From an uncultured Devosia sp. (GTDB lineage Bacteria > Pseudomonadota > Alphaproteobacteria > Rhizobiales > Devosiaceae), in assembly GCA_913775215.1 (NCBI GenBank), contig CAJYKO010000376.1:1-32269 (forward strand): a stretch of 32,269 nucleotides of DNA, written 5' to 3'. Below the pieces are notes generated by a model. That model saw nothing but the letters and a program-made list of their open reading frames with translations, made no database searches and had not been told where the DNA came from. Below, in pieces: positions 29,927 through 32,269 of this stretch. The stretch's first letter is position 1; every line of letters starts with the position of its first letter. The position numbers and the translations under genes are program-made.

Positions 29927-29981
29927 CTACTTCCACTCGGAGAGAGGGTGGCTCGGGCAAAGCCCGAGACGGGTGAGGGGG
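29927..29981. repeat. Degenerate alphaproteobacterial GAGAGGG...GGGTGAGGGG palindromic repeat
   Basis: GGAGAGAGGGTGG-CTCGGGC-AAA-GCCCGAG-ACGGGTGAGGGG. Confidence 0.55.
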
Positions 29982-30015
29982 AATGGCGCGAAATATAAAT
30001 TGAATGGCAGGGAAC

Positions 30016-31203
30016 ATGATCAACTTCACCCCACAGCGCCTGACCATGCTGGCCTTCTTCCTCCAGCCCGTCGCCTTCGGCTCCTGGCTGCCGCGCATCC
30101 CCGAGATCCAGGCAGGCCTTGATCTCGGGCCCGCCGGGCTCGCACTCGCCCTTCTCGGCATGCCCTGCGGAACACTGATCACCCTGCCTTTCGCCGGTCC
30201 GCTCGTTGCCAAGATCGGTGCACGCGCCGCCATCTTCTGGGGCTTCGTGTTCTATTCGGCAGCCGTTAGCCTGCCGGTATTGGCGCCGCATCCGATCCTC
30301 CTCTTCATCGCGCTGATGCTGGCCGGTTCAGCCATTTCCTTTGTCGAACTCGGGCTTAACGTGCAGGCCGATCTCGTCGAAAAATCGAGTGGCAAGCTGA
30401 TCATGAACACGTCCCATGGCTGCTGGTCCCTCGGCATCATGGCGGGCAGCCTCATCGGTTCGGGCTTTGCCGCCATCGGACTTGCCCCGCAAAGCGCCGT
30501 GCCGCTCCTCGCCGCCATCGTCCTGCCCATCGCGCTCGCCACAGCGACCGCCCTGCCAAAACTTCATGACGCACCAGCCGACGGCCAGACGCAAAAATCC
30601 GCCTGGTCGCTCCCGAGTCCCGCCTTGATCGGCATCTGTCTTTTCGTCTTCGGCATCACCATGACCGAGGGCGCCATGGCCGATTGGTCCGCCATTTTCC
30701 TCCGTGATGCCCTCTCGGCCGAAGGCGGTCTCGTCGGCCTCGGCTATTCGCTCTTTGCCTTCATGGTCGCCGCGGGCCGCTTTGGCGGAGATTTTCTCAA
30801 GCGCCGTTTCGGCGCCATCCGCACGGCCCGCCTCTGCGGCGCCCTCGCCGTTATCGGCGGTATTTTGCTCTTTTTCGCACCGGGGGTCGAACTGGCTCTG
30901 GTGGGTTTTGGCATCATCGGCATCGGCGTGTCCGTCGGCTTCCCGCTCGCCGTCACGGCCGCAGCAGGGCTTGGAGATCGTGCCGCCTCGGCCAATGTCG
31001 CTGTTCTCTCCTTCGTCGCCCTCACCGGCTTTCTCATCGGCCCGCCGCTGATCGGGTTCGTCGCCGAACATGCCGGCATCCGCATCGGCATTGCCTGCGT
31101 CGTGCCCTTTCTTCTCCTTAGCCTCTTGCTCACCGGCCGCCTCGTGCCCAGGCCGATCAAGAGCACCCATAATCCCGAAGCCGAAGTTCCAGGAGTGCTC
31201 TGA
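30016..31203 (+). CDS. MFS transporter
   Basis: About 12 TM segments; GSWLPRIP and EGAMADWSAIFL motifs. Confidence 0.92.
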   Translation: MINFTPQRLTMLAFFLQPVAFGSWLPRIPEIQAGLDLGPAGLALALLGMPCGTLITLPFAGPLVAKIGARAAIFWGFVFYSAAVSLPVLAPHPILLFIALMLAGSAISFVELGLNVQADLVEKSSGKLIMNTSHGCWSLGIMAGSLIGSGFAAIGLAPQSAVPLLAAIVLPIALATATALPKLHDAPADGQTQKSAWSLPSPALIGICLFVFGITMTEGAMADWSAIFLRDALSAEGGLVGLGYSLFAFMVAAGRFGGDFLKRRFGAIRTARLCGALAVIGGILLFFAPGVELALVGFGIIGIGVSVGFPLAVTAAAGLGDRAASANVAVLSFVALTGFLIGPPLIGFVAEHAGIRIGIACVVPFLLLSLLLTGRLVPRPIKSTHNPEAEVPGVL

Positions 31204-32269
31204 TGCGCATTGCCGTTGCCGGTCTCCATACCGAATGCTCGACCTACAATCCCGTCATCGCGCGCGAAGCCGATTTTCGCGTGCTGCGCGGCCCCGCCAT
31301 GCTGCGCGATCAGTATTTTGATTTCCTGACGCACTTTCCGGCCGAGTTCATCACCGTACTCCACGCCCGCGCCATTGCCGGCGGCGCCGTCGAACGCGCA
31401 CTCTATGACAAGTGGAAAGCCGAAATTCTCGATGGCATAAGCGCGGCCATGCCGCTCGATGGCGTCTATCTCGCCATGCATGGCGCCATGTTCGTCGACG
31501 GCATGTTCGATGCCGAGGGCGATTTCATCGCGGCCGTGCGCGACCTCGTCGGCCCCGACGTCTTGATCGCCGCGAGCTATGATCTCCATGGCAATGTCAG
31601 CCAGAAAATCATTGACGGGCTCGATATCTTTTCAACCTATCGCACCGCGCCCCATATCGACGTGCCCGATACCATGCGCCGCGCCGTCGCCATGCTGATC
31701 CGAGCCTTGCGCACGGGCGTCCGTCCAAAGCTCGCCTGGGCGCCCGTTCCGGTCCTCCTTCCCGGGGAACGCACGTCCACCCAGGACGAACCCGCCAAAA
31801 GCTTTTACACTCAGCTCCATGAGGTCGAAGAACCGACCGGTATCTGGGATGCGTCTTTCCAGGTCGGCTATGTCTGGGCCGACGAACCTCGCGCCACCGC
31901 CTGCGCCGTCATCACAGGCACCGATAATGCCGCTATGGAAGCGGCCGCCACGAAGCTCGCGCAGGATTATTGGGATGTGCGTGAAAAGTTCGTCTTCGGC
32001 ATGGAGACCGGCTCCATCGAGGACTGCGTCGATAGAGCCATAACCAGCACCACCCATCCCGTCGTCCTTGCCGAATCCGGTGACAATCCTACCGGCGGCG
32101 GCGTCGGCGATCGCGCCGAAGTGCTGGCCGCCCTGATCGCCAAAAATGCCCAAGGCGTCATCTTCGCCGGCATCGCCGATCGCGCCGCGACTGATGCCGC
32201 CTATGCCGCCGGCACCGGCGCCACCCTGCCCCTCCATATCGGCGCGAGCCTTGATCCCTCTTCAACCCC
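31203..32269 (+). CDS. M81 family (MlrC-like) metallohydrolase, copy 2 (3' end runs off window)
   Basis: Manual translation from the TGATG overlap: MRIAVAGLHTECSTYNP, MHGAM, YDLHGN, YRTAPHID and DNPTGGG. Missing from the ORF track. Confidence 0.9.
   Translation, partial: MRIAVAGLHTECSTYNPVIAREADFRVLRGPAMLRDQYFDFLTHFPAEFITVLHARAIAGGAVERALYDKWKAEILDGISAAMPLDGVYLAMHGAMFVDGMFDAEGDFIAAVRDLVGPDVLIAASYDLHGNVSQKIIDGLDIFSTYRTAPHIDVPDTMRRAVAMLIRALRTGVRPKLAWAPVPVLLPGERTSTQDEPAKSFYTQLHEVEEPTGIWDASFQVGYVWADEPRATACAVITGTDNAAMEAAATKLAQDYWDVREKFVFGMETGSIEDCVDRAITSTTHPVVLAESGDNPTGGGVGDRAEVLAALIAKNAQGVIFAGIADRAATDAAYAAGTGATLPLHIGASLDPSST

Overview
GC-rich alphaproteobacterial chromosomal segment (Hyphomicrobiales; Devosia-like by gene content and repeat types, which is an inference). 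No transposase, integrase, CRISPR array, rRNA or tRNA is visible. The left half (1-16.1 kb) is a mix of housekeeping and accessory genes: partial phoR divergent from ppk2, a PAS-GGDEF diguanylate cyclase, uxuB/kdgK, LysR, TauE, DUF1624, a chromosomal AAC(3)-I-like acetyltransferase, recQ, a small stress-type protein and an AAG-type DNA glycosylase. The right half (16.2-32.3 kb) is one coherent amino-sugar locus: carbohydrate ABC importer, cytoplasmic GH20 hexosaminidase, Gfo/Idh/MocA and SDR dehydrogenases, two M81/MlrC metallohydrolases, a D-threonine-aldolase-family PLP enzyme, RidA, an RpiR regulator, an MFS transporter and an NTF2-like protein. It contains no nagK/nagA/nagB and has four candidate TGWAA-N5-TTWCA operators. 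The best candidate for an undescribed system is an oxidative N-acetylhexosamine pathway to 2-keto-3-deoxy sugar acid that uses MlrC-family proteins as deacetylases. A 140-bp MITE-like palindrome and several REP-like elements lie in intergenic gaps.
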